A stretch of 64,000 bases of DNA from an uncultured virus (IMG/VR IMGVR_UViG_3300026522_000616). Its lineage: Duplodnaviria; Heunggongvirae; Uroviricota; Caudoviricetes. This document shows, one piece after another, positions 11,281 through 22,098 of this stretch. Under the pieces are notes generated by a model. It was not told the DNA's origin. It did no database searches and saw nothing but the letters and a program-made list of their open reading frames with translations. Where the stretch lies: the IMG/VR virus record IMGVR_UViG_3300026522_000616, one strand, 5' to 3'. The position numbers were made by a program, and so were the translations under genes. Numbering within the stretch: position 1 is the first letter of the stretch; each line of letters starts with the position of its first letter.

Positions 11281-11312
11281 AAAGAGGTATGGGAAATTTC
11301 CCATACCTCTTA
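11281..11312. terminator. bidirectional intrinsic terminator
   Basis: perfect inverted repeat AAAGAGGTATGGGAAA/TTTCCCATACCTCTTT between convergent genes. Confidence 0.85.
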
Positions 11313-11320
11313 ATTTTTAC

Positions 11321-12136
11321 TCAATCACGGATAAATACAACATTTGTATTATCAAGGAAATGTGTTACCTGATTTTCGACCAAAATACGATTTGCATCTT
11401 CTACACTTACAATTGGATATGCATTGAAATTCTCTAACGATACCGCTTTAATGACGAGAGGATTATTACCTGCACGGTCATAAGAATTAATGCTATGAGA
11501 ATATCCTGCCATACCATTTGAAACAACTTTATTATAGTCAAGATTTTTGTGACCATAAATAGGCGTTCCATTTGTATCCTTAATAACAGGAGACATAACA
11601 GGTTTCAGTCCAAGACCACGGCAATCAATTACCAAACCTGTGTATGTACCATTTACAGATACATTTGGATTTGTTACAGGAGTTGGGAAGTTTTCTTTTG
11701 TTTCGTTTTTAGGAATAACTGCGGATGCAATAGACCCTGAAACTCCATAAATAGGTACAGACATAACTACTTCATAGTTTTCATCTTCTGCAATCCAACG
11801 TTCACTTACGATATGAGCACCTTTTACAACGCCCTGTACTTGTGCGTTTGTTGTCTCACTTGCAAATGCCAAATCCTGAACGGTAGATTTACCATCAATT
11901 GAAATACCGTGTACTTCTTCAAGAAGTGCTCTATAACCATTCAGAATAGCTGCTCTACGTGCCTGAAGTTTTTTCTTACCAATTGTAGTGGCATTAGCAG
12001 AAGCAGCCCCATATGATGTAATTTGAACAGTATTGTTTTCAAAACTTGTGTTTTCGTTTGCAAATACAAGCGTCGTTGACATTACTATCATGAGTAGTGT
12101 CATAAACATAATCATAAACTTTTTCATTTTCATCAA
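11321..12136 (-). CDS. exported LPP20-family-like protein
   Basis: signal peptide ending VFA; ARRAAILNGYRALLE and TGLVIDCRGLGLKPVMSPVI motifs typical of the family. Confidence 0.75.
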   Translation of the reverse strand: MMKMKKFMIMFMTLLMIVMSTTLVFANENTSFENNTVQITSYGAASANATTIGKKKLQARRAAILNGYRALLEEVHGISIDGKSTVQDLAFASETTNAQVQGVVKGAHIVSERWIAEDENYEVVMSVPIYGVSGSIASAVIPKNETKENFPTPVTNPNVSVNGTYTGLVIDCRGLGLKPVMSPVIKDTNGTPIYGHKNLDYNKVVSNGMAGYSHSINSYDRAGNNPLVIKAVSLENFNAYPIVSVEDANRILVENQVTHFLDNTNVVFIRD

Positions 12137-13710
12137 ATCCCCTTTTCTAATAAATTATTCAACATAACAATAATTTTTTTATTAAAATATCTGTTTGAAT
12201 GTTGATTAGCAGAACTAAGTAAAATTATTCGTTTATCTTGTTTACTGCCATTTAAGTCAATATTATGATACATAGGATAATCTACAAAATAAAATTCGAT
12301 GAATTTAAAGAGTAAATCATCTTTGCAACCATAACTGATAGCATCGTGTGCGCTATGATAAGCAAGAATAACTCTGCTACAATTATATCTATTCAATGCA
12401 TCAATAGACATACCATCTTTCGTATTATAGAACACCAAATGTTCGTCCCAACAATATCCATCATCGGTTGTATCTGTATACGGAACTAACAAGTCAATAA
12501 GATATTTTAGTCCATTAGAAGAATGAGATAACGTAAAATCAGTATAATTTTTATCATCCCATTTTTTCATTACTTCTTGTTGCATTTTGAATTTTAGCAA
12601 CATGGAATACCCGCAAGAACCATAATAATGAATATCACCTTTTGTATCTTGTGAGATAGATTTAAATTCCTGATAATCTAAATTTCTAAACCATAGATAA
12701 TCAGAACAAATATTTTGTGCGATTGGAAAAATTGTATTCATATATTGATTTACATCTTGTACACAATACATCCTTGCTCCGTAATTTGTTGTCAATACAA
12801 GATTGGAAGTATTGATATATGTCATATCAATTGCTTTATACATATTGATTTGCATACGTAAAACCCTTGCATTATAGTTTTGAAAGTTATTTTCAATTAC
12901 AGAAGTCGTATATCCAATTGCAGTATCAAAATCACCTTTCATCATATATGATTTTGCGAGAATGATTTGTGCTTGTTCCCATTCACTTGTATAATCATTA
13001 CAACTCAAACTAGCTTGTTGTGCATATTGAATTGCTTGATTAAAATTATCAAGTGTATATGCTTGATTTGCTTGTTTGATAAGATTACCTGAATTTGTAT
13101 CGTTAATAGATACAGGATTTACTTGTTTTCTATCCAATTCATTATATGACAATTCTGCGTAATCTGCTTTATCTTTGTAAATTTCTTTTTCAGCAGATAA
13201 TTTAGCATTTTTTTGCGTTAATTCATTGACTAATTTATCATCATCAATGTCAACCGTCATATTAATTCCGAAGAACAGGTTTCCATTATCAATTACAAAA
13301 GAATCAAAATTTGGTAAAATACTCTTAATTGTTTGTACATTTGCAGTAGTTACAACTACTTCATCCATATCAAATTTTAAGTCTTTTGTTTTGGATATAG
13401 AAGCTACAAATACTTGTTCCTTTTCATTGATTTGTTTTTGTGCTTCTGATACAAGTAAATGATACTGTTCATCTGTTAATTTAGAAAATAACTCATTCCA
13501 AATCTTTTTTGTAAGATTTTTTCTGTATACGGTATCGTTTTCAAATTTATATTTGTTGTTCCAATATTCATTGATATAAGAACTTAATTCATTTGAAATT
13601 GGTACAGATACTGTATTACTTGTATTGACCGTAATTTCATGTGCAAATGCATGAGGTGAAAAAGCAATACAAAAAGCAAAAATATATGGTAAAAATTTTT
13701 TCATTTTCAT
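12133..13710 (-). CDS. exported TPR-repeat protein
   Basis: signal peptide ending AFA; TPR-like helices AYTLDNFNQAIQYA and LAKSYMMKGDFDTAIGY. Confidence 0.65.
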   Translation of the reverse strand: MKMKKFLPYIFAFCIAFSPHAFAHEITVNTSNTVSVPISNELSSYINEYWNNKYKFENDTVYRKNLTKKIWNELFSKLTDEQYHLLVSEAQKQINEKEQVFVASISKTKDLKFDMDEVVVTTANVQTIKSILPNFDSFVIDNGNLFFGINMTVDIDDDKLVNELTQKNAKLSAEKEIYKDKADYAELSYNELDRKQVNPVSINDTNSGNLIKQANQAYTLDNFNQAIQYAQQASLSCNDYTSEWEQAQIILAKSYMMKGDFDTAIGYTTSVIENNFQNYNARVLRMQINMYKAIDMTYINTSNLVLTTNYGARMYCVQDVNQYMNTIFPIAQNICSDYLWFRNLDYQEFKSISQDTKGDIHYYGSCGYSMLLKFKMQQEVMKKWDDKNYTDFTLSHSSNGLKYLIDLLVPYTDTTDDGYCWDEHLVFYNTKDGMSIDALNRYNCSRVILAYHSAHDAISYGCKDDLLFKFIEFYFVDYPMYHNIDLNGSKQDKRIILLSSANQHSNRYFNKKIIVMLNNLLEKGI

Positions 13711-13820
13711 ATTGGTTGTCTCCTTTCTTTACTATTATATTAACATATCTTGCTTTATTTGTCAACACTTTTTTGAAAAATTTAAAGAAAAATCCCATAT
13801 AAAATTGTATGGGATAATGA

Positions 13821-15221
13821 TTACATTTCAATATAAGAAATATTCTTTTTCCATTCTGGTTCCGTGCAATAAAGAGCTTTACGATAAAGGAAATGCTTAT
13901 AGAATGTTTTATTCATATCCATAAAATCATATACATAAGCAATATTACGACCTTTGTAAAGACGGAGAACACGACCTACACGCTGAAATGCACGAGTAGA
14001 AGATTTACCGCTTGCAGTAAGGATAAGAACTTTTAAAGCAGGACAATCCAAACCTTCATCTGCAATCGTAGAACCAAGAAGAATTTTTACTTTTTCCTGA
14101 CGAGCACCTTCAAGAATAGCATTACGCATATCCATATCCGTTTCACCGTCAATCAATTCAACTGTATGAAGGTGATATACACGACCTTTGTATTCTACAT
14201 CAACAGGATTAGAACCAAAACGTTTTTCAATCATGCTTTTAAGCATATTACCATGTTCAATGCGACCAAAAAGAACGAGAATAGAACCATAATCGTTTTT
14301 GATACTTTCACCAATGGCTTTCATAACTTTTTCGTTACGAGAAGAATTATTGACAATTGCCATATTATAGGTTTTGGCATAAGAACCAAGCCAACCGCAA
14401 ACATCTTCCTGTTTGATGAATTTAATTTTGCATGGAGTAAGTTTGCCCTTACGAATAAGAGTAGAAGCGTTTACGTTAGATTTTGGATTACGAACGTTGA
14501 TAGCTGCTTCAATGAGCAAATCATCATTACCATCACGCCACGGCGTAGCAGAAACGGCACAACGGTAATAAGCATTAACCGCACCACGAGCTACATTAAA
14601 AAGCGTCTGCGCACCCAAAAACTGACATTCATCAACAAGAAGCGCTTTTGCTTTTTTAAGCAAATCTGATTTGAGAACTGTCTGCGGAGTAACAACAGTA
14701 ATATCCTGAATATCTGTAACAGAACCAGTCATAATGCCAACTTTTACACCGAGGAATTTAGAAATTTCACCCTGCAACTGAAAAGCAAGAGTAGCTTTTG
14801 GAGAAAGAACAATAACAGGTTTAACATTATAATCCGCAATCATACCTGCTAAAATCAATGTTTTCCCCGCTCCAGTAGCTAACTGTGCAATCATACGAGA
14901 AGAAGAATGGTCAAACACAAACTGCTGATAATCTCTAGGAGTAATGCTATCAACTAGATTGAAGTTCGCATTTTCTTCAGGAACTACACGCTTATCAACG
15001 AAGTCAACTTTAATACCATACTTGTTAACAATATTAACAATATATGGAATAAGACCTGTATACGTCATGCACGTCTGCGGATTAAACAAAACATGGAGTT
15101 TCTTAGGAGCACCAAAACCACCAGTCGTATAAGAAAGACGATTTGCAATAGCATACAGAATGTTCATATCTGTAACGCCATTCAATTTGCAAACCACATT
15201 TCCAAATTCAATCGTAGCCAT
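13821..15221 (-). CDS. superfamily 2 DNA helicase (UvsW-like)
   Basis: ATGAGKT, DECQ, SAT, DEGLD, QRVGRVLR motifs; RBS GGAGG before ATG at 15221. Confidence 0.88.
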   Translation of the reverse strand: MATIEFGNVVCKLNGVTDMNILYAIANRLSYTTGGFGAPKKLHVLFNPQTCMTYTGLIPYIVNIVNKYGIKVDFVDKRVVPEENANFNLVDSITPRDYQQFVFDHSSSRMIAQLATGAGKTLILAGMIADYNVKPVIVLSPKATLAFQLQGEISKFLGVKVGIMTGSVTDIQDITVVTPQTVLKSDLLKKAKALLVDECQFLGAQTLFNVARGAVNAYYRCAVSATPWRDGNDDLLIEAAINVRNPKSNVNASTLIRKGKLTPCKIKFIKQEDVCGWLGSYAKTYNMAIVNNSSRNEKVMKAIGESIKNDYGSILVLFGRIEHGNMLKSMIEKRFGSNPVDVEYKGRVYHLHTVELIDGETDMDMRNAILEGARQEKVKILLGSTIADEGLDCPALKVLILTASGKSSTRAFQRVGRVLRLYKGRNIAYVYDFMDMNKTFYKHFLYRKALYCTEPEWKKNISYIEM

Positions 15222-15271
15222 TTTGTATTCCTCCAAGTCTTTAAACCGTTCATTTCCTTATCTCTATGTAT

Positions 15272-15300
15272 ATTATAACAAATAAGCATCTACTTGTCAA
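15272..15300 (-). promoter_or_regulatory. consensus sigmaA promoter of the helicase
   Basis: minus strand TTGACA-N17-TATAAT. Confidence 0.8.
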
Positions 15301-15359
15301 CACTTTGAATAATATTTTTGAAAAACATTTATGGTGTTTGTGTATCAATTTAATTATAT

Positions 15360-15460
15360 CAAAAAATCTATTTATATTTAGTATCAAAACATCTATTTAT
15401 AAACGGATTGATATTAAAACATCTATTACATACTAACAAATCTATTTGTAAATAGATTGA
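15360..15460. repeat. AT-rich region with ATCTATT direct repeats and an inverted copy
   Basis: four ATCTATT copies, the last followed by inverted AATAGAT. Confidence 0.45.
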
Positions 15461-15690
15461 TAAATACATATATTATAAATATTATACCGATTAAATTATA
15501 CAGGTCAATGAATATATGATTGCATTCTTATATACAATAAAATCTGTTTTAATAAAACATTTTACAATAAACGGACAGAAAATAAATGATATTTTAATAA
15601 TTATAGTATATACTAAAAATGATATAATGAGTAAGATAGATTGTATTAAATAAATAAGAGACAAAAAAATATATAGGAAGTGAAAGAAAA

Positions 15691-16230
15691 ATGATATTAG
15701 GAATAGACATAGATGGAACAGTAAATAACTTTCAAGATGTAATTGCGAAATATTTACAAAAAGAATATGATATAAAATTTGATGATAAAGATTATGAATT
15801 ATATAAAGGATTAAAGAAATCAGAAATAGATAAATTTAATGACAAATATAGTCAAGTATTTTTAAAAGAAGTAAAAGCATTACCTGAATCACAAGAAGTC
15901 ATTAACGAATTAATGAATAAGGGTAATGAAGTATATTTTATAACGGCAAGGGAATATAGTTATGCTTCTGATACAATGGAATGGTTAAAAAGAAACAATT
16001 TTTCTTTTACGGATATATATTTTAATTGTGGTAATAAGGTAGATACGTGCAAATGGAAGAATGTAGATATAATGATAGATGATTCTCCATATAATTTAAA
16101 AGCATTAAATAAAGCAGGAATTCCATATATTATATACAATCAAAATTATAATCAAGATATATACAATGAATTATATCGTGCAAGTAATTGGAATAATATT
16201 TATGATTTTTTAACTTATATGAAAGAATGA
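15691..16230 (+). CDS. HAD-family 5'(3')-deoxyribonucleotidase
   Basis: DIDGT, ITAR, K, IDDSP motifs. Confidence 0.85.
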   Translation: MILGIDIDGTVNNFQDVIAKYLQKEYDIKFDDKDYELYKGLKKSEIDKFNDKYSQVFLKEVKALPESQEVINELMNKGNEVYFITAREYSYASDTMEWLKRNNFSFTDIYFNCGNKVDTCKWKNVDIMIDDSPYNLKALNKAGIPYIIYNQNYNQDIYNELYRASNWNNIYDFLTYMKE

Positions 16231-16395
16231 ATCATATATAAAATGATTTTTATATCGAATATAACAGAATAACAAAAAACAACTAATAGTCTTTGATTAA
16301 TTTATATTTAGATAAGAAAGACTATTTTTTTATATTCGTTAAATAACATAAATTTTATAATATACGAAATATTTCACAGGTGGTGAAACGTAGAA

Positions 16396-17583
16396 ATGTC
16401 AGATAAGAGTGAATTATCTTTACAATCATTGTATGAATTAATACAAACAAAAGCAGATAAAACACATACACATACATTCATAGGTTCAATTGAGAGTGCT
16501 TTATCATTACAAGGTGTAACGTATGATAGATTCATGCGCAATGATTTAAAAGACCAAAAACTAAAAGCTAAATTTGATAGTGTTACATTAGGGATTGAAT
16601 CGAATGATACGACATTTACAATCAAATCGGAACATAATAGAGCTACGATAGAAGTAGATAATCATAATTTAAGTAGACATAATTTACACATAACAGGTAA
16701 ACGAAATTTAGATAATACAGTAGAAGATGTAGTAGTATCTATACAAGGAAATCTATTGGTAAACAATACTCGTGTATTGACAATGGATAACAAAAATGAA
16801 TTAACAGGGATTAAATTAGATGATTTAGATATAGCAGGACAAGGTATCATTGTACAAACGACTGAGCCATCAAATACGAAAGATGGTACAATTTGGGGTA
16901 AAATAATTGATGATGATACAGTTATAGATGATACAGCTATAGCAAATCATAATATGTATACGATACCTGTAGGAACGATTGTCAAAACATTATCAAATGT
17001 AGTACCGAATGGATATATTCGATTAAACGGACAAGTAGTAAGTAGAAGTACGTATAATGGGTTATGGGAATGGGTAAAAGCAAAAAGCGTTATTATTCCT
17101 GATGCTGATTGGAAAACGAAATATGCTAGTAATAAAAATGTACAAGCATTTAGTTATGGAGACGGTTCAACAAATTTTAGAGTACCAAATATTCCGACAA
17201 ATGATAGTACTATGTATATGATTAAAGGGTATGATGAATTAACGAACCGTGAAGCAGTTAATTTAACAGAAATAGAAAAAAGAACAAAAAAACTAGAAGA
17301 TAGTGCAGTAGTAACAGGTGTGGGATTCATTAAGTATGCAGATGGAAATATTGTTCAATATAATAAAATAATGAATCAGACAACTATATATTTCAGTACG
17401 CCTTTTATCAATACAGATTATATATTAATAGCGAATTATGTAGGAACAAGTGTTGGTGGGATAACAGTTAATGTAGAAAGTAAAACAGTTAATTCTGCCA
17501 AATTAGCAGTAAGAACGAATACAGGTGCGGAAATCAATTATCCTGCTATGATAAACTTTATAGCAATAGGCAGGTGGAAATAA
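16396..17583 (+). CDS. tail fibre protein with tail-collar domain
   Basis: IPVGTIV..VPNGYIRLNGQ..GDGSTNFRVP collar motif; C-terminal FSTPF..FIAIGRWK. Confidence 0.8.
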   Translation: MSDKSELSLQSLYELIQTKADKTHTHTFIGSIESALSLQGVTYDRFMRNDLKDQKLKAKFDSVTLGIESNDTTFTIKSEHNRATIEVDNHNLSRHNLHITGKRNLDNTVEDVVVSIQGNLLVNNTRVLTMDNKNELTGIKLDDLDIAGQGIIVQTTEPSNTKDGTIWGKIIDDDTVIDDTAIANHNMYTIPVGTIVKTLSNVVPNGYIRLNGQVVSRSTYNGLWEWVKAKSVIIPDADWKTKYASNKNVQAFSYGDGSTNFRVPNIPTNDSTMYMIKGYDELTNREAVNLTEIEKRTKKLEDSAVVTGVGFIKYADGNIVQYNKIMNQTTIYFSTPFINTDYILIANYVGTSVGGITVNVESKTVNSAKLAVRTNTGAEINYPAMINFIAIGRWK

Positions 17584-18026
17584 TGGTAAGATATTTTGCT
17601 GAATTTACAATTGAAGGAAAAAGAATCACTACTTATGTAGCAGATGGTATGCCATATACGGCAGAAGAAATCATGTTAGACCATCCACAAGCGATAGAAA
17701 TAAGTGCAGAAGAACAAAGTCTATATTTACAAGGATATATACGTGGTATTAATGGGAAACCACAAAAAGTAGTAACAGATGAAGAAATGTTAGATGAAGC
17801 CAAAAAGAGAAAAATAGAAGAAATAAAAATGATGGCAAAATCTAAATTAGTAGAAACAGACCATGATATAGTAGAATATTTTGAATTACAAAATTTAACA
17901 GAAGATGAATACAACAATCTTAAATTAGAACGTCAGATAATCAGAGATTATCGTGATAAATTAATATTTAATGTGAATACTTGTGATAGTATAGATATGT
18001 TGGAACAAATTAAATTTAATATGTAA
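17574..18026 (+). CDS. tail fibre assembly/chaperone-like protein
   Basis: directly after the fibre gene; LDEAKKRKIEEIK..RQIIRDYR. Confidence 0.6.
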   Translation: MEIMVRYFAEFTIEGKRITTYVADGMPYTAEEIMLDHPQAIEISAEEQSLYLQGYIRGINGKPQKVVTDEEMLDEAKKRKIEEIKMMAKSKLVETDHDIVEYFELQNLTEDEYNNLKLERQIIRDYRDKLIFNVNTCDSIDMLEQIKFNM

Positions 18027-18128
18027 TTTAAAATATTTATTTAAAAATTGTTGACAAAAGTATATAAGTGTGATATAGTAGGATAGTAAGAAAAAACTAT
18101 CCTATTTTTACATATACTTTTTTTATGA

Positions 18129-18830
18129 ATGGAGAGATATAATATGTTTAATCGTGTTTTAGTGATTGGTGATGTGCATGGAAATTATGATAAATTAATG
18201 AATTTGTGGGAACAGATTCATTATACAGATGATGATTTTCTTATTTTTTTAGGTGATTATATTGACCGTGGAGATAAGCCATTGGAGTGTTTGGATTTTG
18301 TTATGAATTTGGTAAAGAATCATAAGAATATTCATGCACTTATGGGAAATCATGAATTGTTTATGCAGGATTATTTTAAATCTAATTCTTTTACTGGTAT
18401 GGATGATTTTATGGATGGTTGGCTTATGCCTAATAATGGTGGTAAAGTTACTTTACATGCTTTAAAGGAATTGTATAAAAAAGATTCGGAAAGAGCTTTG
18501 AAAATTTTGGATTTTGTAAATAATCTGGATGTTTATAATGAAGATATTGAAGGGGTTTTCTTTGTCCATGCAGGAATCGACCCTACTCGCAGTTTCCATC
18601 ATCAGAGAATTGAAGATATGGTTTGGATTAGAGAAGAATGTTATAATTATTATGATAATGAAGAAGTAACTTTGGTAGTAGGTCATACACCTGTACAGTA
18701 TTTTGGATGGGATAAGCCAACTTTTTTAGAGAATAATATTCTTCTCATGGATACAGGTAGTTTTATGCCTAATGGGAAAATTTCTTGTGTAGATTTGAAA
18801 TCAGGCAAACTTTATCAGTCAAAGGGATGA
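18129..18830 (+). CDS. Ser/Thr protein phosphatase-like metallophosphoesterase
   Basis: GDVHG, GDYIDRG, GNHE, HAG, GHTP, DTG motifs. Confidence 0.9.
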   Translation: MERYNMFNRVLVIGDVHGNYDKLMNLWEQIHYTDDDFLIFLGDYIDRGDKPLECLDFVMNLVKNHKNIHALMGNHELFMQDYFKSNSFTGMDDFMDGWLMPNNGGKVTLHALKELYKKDSERALKILDFVNNLDVYNEDIEGVFFVHAGIDPTRSFHHQRIEDMVWIREECYNYYDNEEVTLVVGHTPVQYFGWDKPTFLENNILLMDTGSFMPNGKISCVDLKSGKLYQSKG

Positions 18831-18837
18831 TGTATAA

Positions 18838-19422
18838 ATGAAAGATATTTTATTGGCTACAACGAATAAAGATAAAATAAAAGAATTAATTCCTGTTTTA
18901 GAAACAAAATTTCATGTGCTTACATTACACGATTTTCCACCAATGGAAGATTGTCTTGAAACAGGAAATTCTTATAAAGAAAATGCTATTCAAAAGGCAA
19001 CATTTTATTTTAATAGAACAGGAATACCTACTATTTCAGATGATAGTGGAATGGAAGTATTTTCTTTAAATAATGAACCAGAGATTTTTTCTGCTAGATG
19101 GTATGATAAAAATCATAAAAATGTAGAAGGTAATAATCGTAAATTAATTGAAGAATTACATAAAAAGAATTTATCAGAATCAAGAGGAAAATATACTACA
19201 ACAGTTGTATATAAAGATAGCGAAACTGTAATTACAGATTCTTTTGACATATTTGGAATTGTGAAAGATACTCCGAAAGGTATATATGGATTTGATTATG
19301 ATTTCTATTTTTATCCTGATAAGTTTGATAATGTAAAATCTATGGCAGAATTAACCGAACAAGAAAGACAAATGGTGAGTGCTAGATGTAATGCTTTGAA
19401 AAAATTAATAAAAAAATTATAA
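18838..19422 (+). CDS. HAM1/RdgB-family NTP pyrophosphatase (variant specificity motif)
   Basis: ATTNKDK, ETG..KENAIQKA, DDSG, SAR; terminal SHR motif replaced by SAR. Confidence 0.85.
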   Translation: MKDILLATTNKDKIKELIPVLETKFHVLTLHDFPPMEDCLETGNSYKENAIQKATFYFNRTGIPTISDDSGMEVFSLNNEPEIFSARWYDKNHKNVEGNNRKLIEELHKKNLSESRGKYTTTVVYKDSETVITDSFDIFGIVKDTPKGIYGFDYDFYFYPDKFDNVKSMAELTEQERQMVSARCNALKKLIKKL

Positions 19423-19501
19423 ACCATATTGCAATATGGTTTATTTTTATATATAATATATTAGAGTATAAATCTATATTCACAGAAAGAAGGTTTTTTG
19501 T

Positions 19502-20689
19502 TTGAAAGACATTGATGCAAAAACAAAAAAGAAGAAATTGGCTTCTTTAATGAAGTCAATGCAATCTTTGGCTAAGTCAACGAAAGATGATAATATCGTT
19601 CAGATTTTGGGACAGAAACCAATGGATGATACGGAACGTATTCCAACAGGCTATCTTACTCTTGATGTAGCTACAGGCGGAGGAATTAAGCGTGGTAGGG
19701 TAGTAGAGTTGTTTGGTGCAGAATCAAGCGGTAAATCGCTTATTGCACAAAAAATTATTGCAGCTTGCCAAGAACATGGTGGTTTGTGTGCATATGTAGA
19801 TATGGAACAAACATTTGATGTAACGTTTGCGAAAAAGCTAGGCGTTAATACAGATGAACTAGCAGTTAGTCAACCTTCTTCTATGCAACAGGCTTTTGAA
19901 GTAGTAGACGCACTTGTTGACGCAGGTGTAGATGTTATTGTATTGGATTCTATTGCTGCATTAGTTCCCGAAGAAGAATTAGAAGCAGATGTAGGAAAAC
20001 AAACAATTGGTTTGGTTGCACGTTATATGTCACAATTCTTAAAAAGAATTAATGTCAAGCTGGCAAAATCTGGTGGTGTTTTGCTATGTATCAACCAGAC
20101 TCGACAGAAGATAGGCGTATTGTATGGAGACCCAACAACGACCGCAGGAGGTAATGCTCTCAAATTCTATAGTTCAATTCGTATGAGAGTTTCAAAATCT
20201 GCTGAAGGTATGATTAAAGAAAAAGGTTCAGATGAACCTATTGGGCAGGGTATTCGCGTTAAAGTGGTTAAGAATAAAACTGCACCTCCATTCAGAACGG
20301 CTGAATTTAAAGTATTCTTTGATGGACGCAAAGTAAGCGAAACAGACCAAATTGCAGATATTGCACTTGCACATGGTTTAATCCCTCGTTATAATGCAGC
20401 AGGTGAACTTTGTGAAACAGGTAGACAATATAGATGGAATAGTGAACCGAATTTCCTTGCAAAATCAAAAGCAGAAGTTCCTGAACAACTGGATAAATTC
20501 CCTAAAGTACGTGAAGAATTGAAACAAATTATCATGAGTGGGGAAATGGAAAATAATACAGTAGCTAGTGAAGATATGGATTCTGATATGAGCGATGAAG
20601 ATTTTGAAAATCAAATCAAAGAAGATGCAGAAAACATTAGCGAAATTAATGAAGCAGAGGAAGAAGAAACTTCTTTCGATGATATGTAA
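19502..20689 (+). CDS. recA: RecA recombinase
   Basis: GAESSGKS Walker A, DSIAAL, INQTR, GGNALKFY, KVVKNKTAPPFR. Confidence 0.95.
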   Translation: MKDIDAKTKKKKLASLMKSMQSLAKSTKDDNIVQILGQKPMDDTERIPTGYLTLDVATGGGIKRGRVVELFGAESSGKSLIAQKIIAACQEHGGLCAYVDMEQTFDVTFAKKLGVNTDELAVSQPSSMQQAFEVVDALVDAGVDVIVLDSIAALVPEEELEADVGKQTIGLVARYMSQFLKRINVKLAKSGGVLLCINQTRQKIGVLYGDPTTTAGGNALKFYSSIRMRVSKSAEGMIKEKGSDEPIGQGIRVKVVKNKTAPPFRTAEFKVFFDGRKVSETDQIADIALAHGLIPRYNAAGELCETGRQYRWNSEPNFLAKSKAEVPEQLDKFPKVREELKQIIMSGEMENNTVASEDMDSDMSDEDFENQIKEDAENISEINEAEEEETSFDDM

Positions 20690-20762
20690 ATATCACTTGT
20701 AAAAATAATTAACAAGGTATATAATAAATATATACCTTGTTTTTTGTTAGGAGAAATTAGTA

Positions 20763-20890
20763 ATGAATAAAATTAAATCGCCAATGAATTATATAGGAAA
20801 TAAATATAGAATTTTAGACCAAATAAAAGTATATTTTCCTGATATGTATGATATAATAATATTAATAATTTTGTTGATTTGTTTTGTGGT
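20763..20890 (+). pseudogene. dam: Dam-type adenine methyltransferase, N-terminal fragment (frameshifted, truncated)
   Basis: MNKIKSPMNYIGNKYRILDQIKVYFP, then NINNFVDLFCG in another frame. Confidence 0.75.
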
Positions 20891-21058
20891 GATAGTTTAG
20901 ATATTTGGATTGGGTGATTATTGTAAATATTGATGATATGCGAATTGTTGGTGGAATGAATATTAAATCAATTTCATTTGATGTTGATGATATTCCAGTA
21001 GAAGTTGATTTTGAAGAAAATATTAAAAATATTTTGAAATGCCTAAAGGAGATTGGTT

Positions 21059-21835
21059 ATGATTTACAATGAAGATTGTTTCGATACAATGAAGCGTTTA
21101 CATAATCAAATTGATATTGTATTAACGTCTCCACCATATAATACAAGTAAAAAGATTCATACTAAGAAAGCATTTGATAACTATGATTGTAGATATGATG
21201 AATTTAGTGATTTTAGAACATCACAAGAGTATATTGATTGGACAATCAAATTATTTAATGAGTATGATAAGATTTTAAAAGAAAATGGTATTGTGTTATA
21301 TAATTTAAGCTATGCAAGTAATTGCACATCTGGGAATAAGGATAGCGTAGGACTAACATGGTTAGTTATTGCAGATATTATTAGAAATACTAATTTTACT
21401 GTAGCTGATTGTATTGCATGGAAAAAGAAAAACGCACTGCCAAACAATGTTAGCCCAAATAAATGTACACGCATTGTTGAATATGTATTTGTATTTTGTC
21501 GAAAATCAGAATATAGAACATTCCATGCAAATAAAACAGTAAAGAGTATTTCAAAAAGCGGTCAGAAATTTTATGATGTAATGTATAATTATATTGAAGC
21601 CACAAATAATGATGGTGCAAACAAATTAAATAAAGCTACATTCAGCACAGAACTAGTATTAAAACTATTAAATATGTATGCTAATAAAGATAGTGTAGTA
21701 TACGATAGTTTTGTTGGTACAGGTACTACAGCAGTAGCTTGTAAACAATTTGGTTGTAAATGTATTGGTAGTGAACTGTCAAAAGAACAAGTTGAATATG
21801 CTAGGAGTAGATTGAATTCAGTAACCAACGGCTAA
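21059..21835 (+). CDS. beta-class N4-C/N6-A DNA methyltransferase
   Basis: TSPPY precedes motif I YDSFVGTGTT; last codons come from the IscB element end. Confidence 0.88.
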   Translation: MIYNEDCFDTMKRLHNQIDIVLTSPPYNTSKKIHTKKAFDNYDCRYDEFSDFRTSQEYIDWTIKLFNEYDKILKENGIVLYNLSYASNCTSGNKDSVGLTWLVIADIIRNTNFTVADCIAWKKKNALPNNVSPNKCTRIVEYVFVFCRKSEYRTFHANKTVKSISKSGQKFYDVMYNYIEATNNDGANKLNKATFSTELVLKLLNMYANKDSVVYDSFVGTGTTAVACKQFGCKCIGSELSKEQVEYARSRLNSVTNG

Positions 21836-22085
21836 AGCCGTGGGATTGCAAGGCATAATCTGAGCAATCTCGTGCTGAATAGCCTAAGACTTTTTATGTC
21901 TACGTTGTTTGGAAATATATAGGCACTATTAGACGTTAGTCCGAATCTAATACTCTGCGGTTTATGGTTAAAAGTCCTGCGAGGTAGGGGCGGTACTATA
22001 AACATATAAAACTCCAAAACAACATTGGCTACGGGCAACTTACATAACGTTTGTTATGAGTACCTGCTTTGATAGGTACTAAGAA
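21817..22085 (+). ncRNA. IscB omega-RNA (HEARO-like) scaffold
   Basis: non-coding region with AGCCTAAG, CTACGTT, CTCTGCGG, AACATTGGC blocks directly 5' of iscB. Confidence 0.8.
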
Positions 22086-22098
22086 ATGAGGTATTCTA

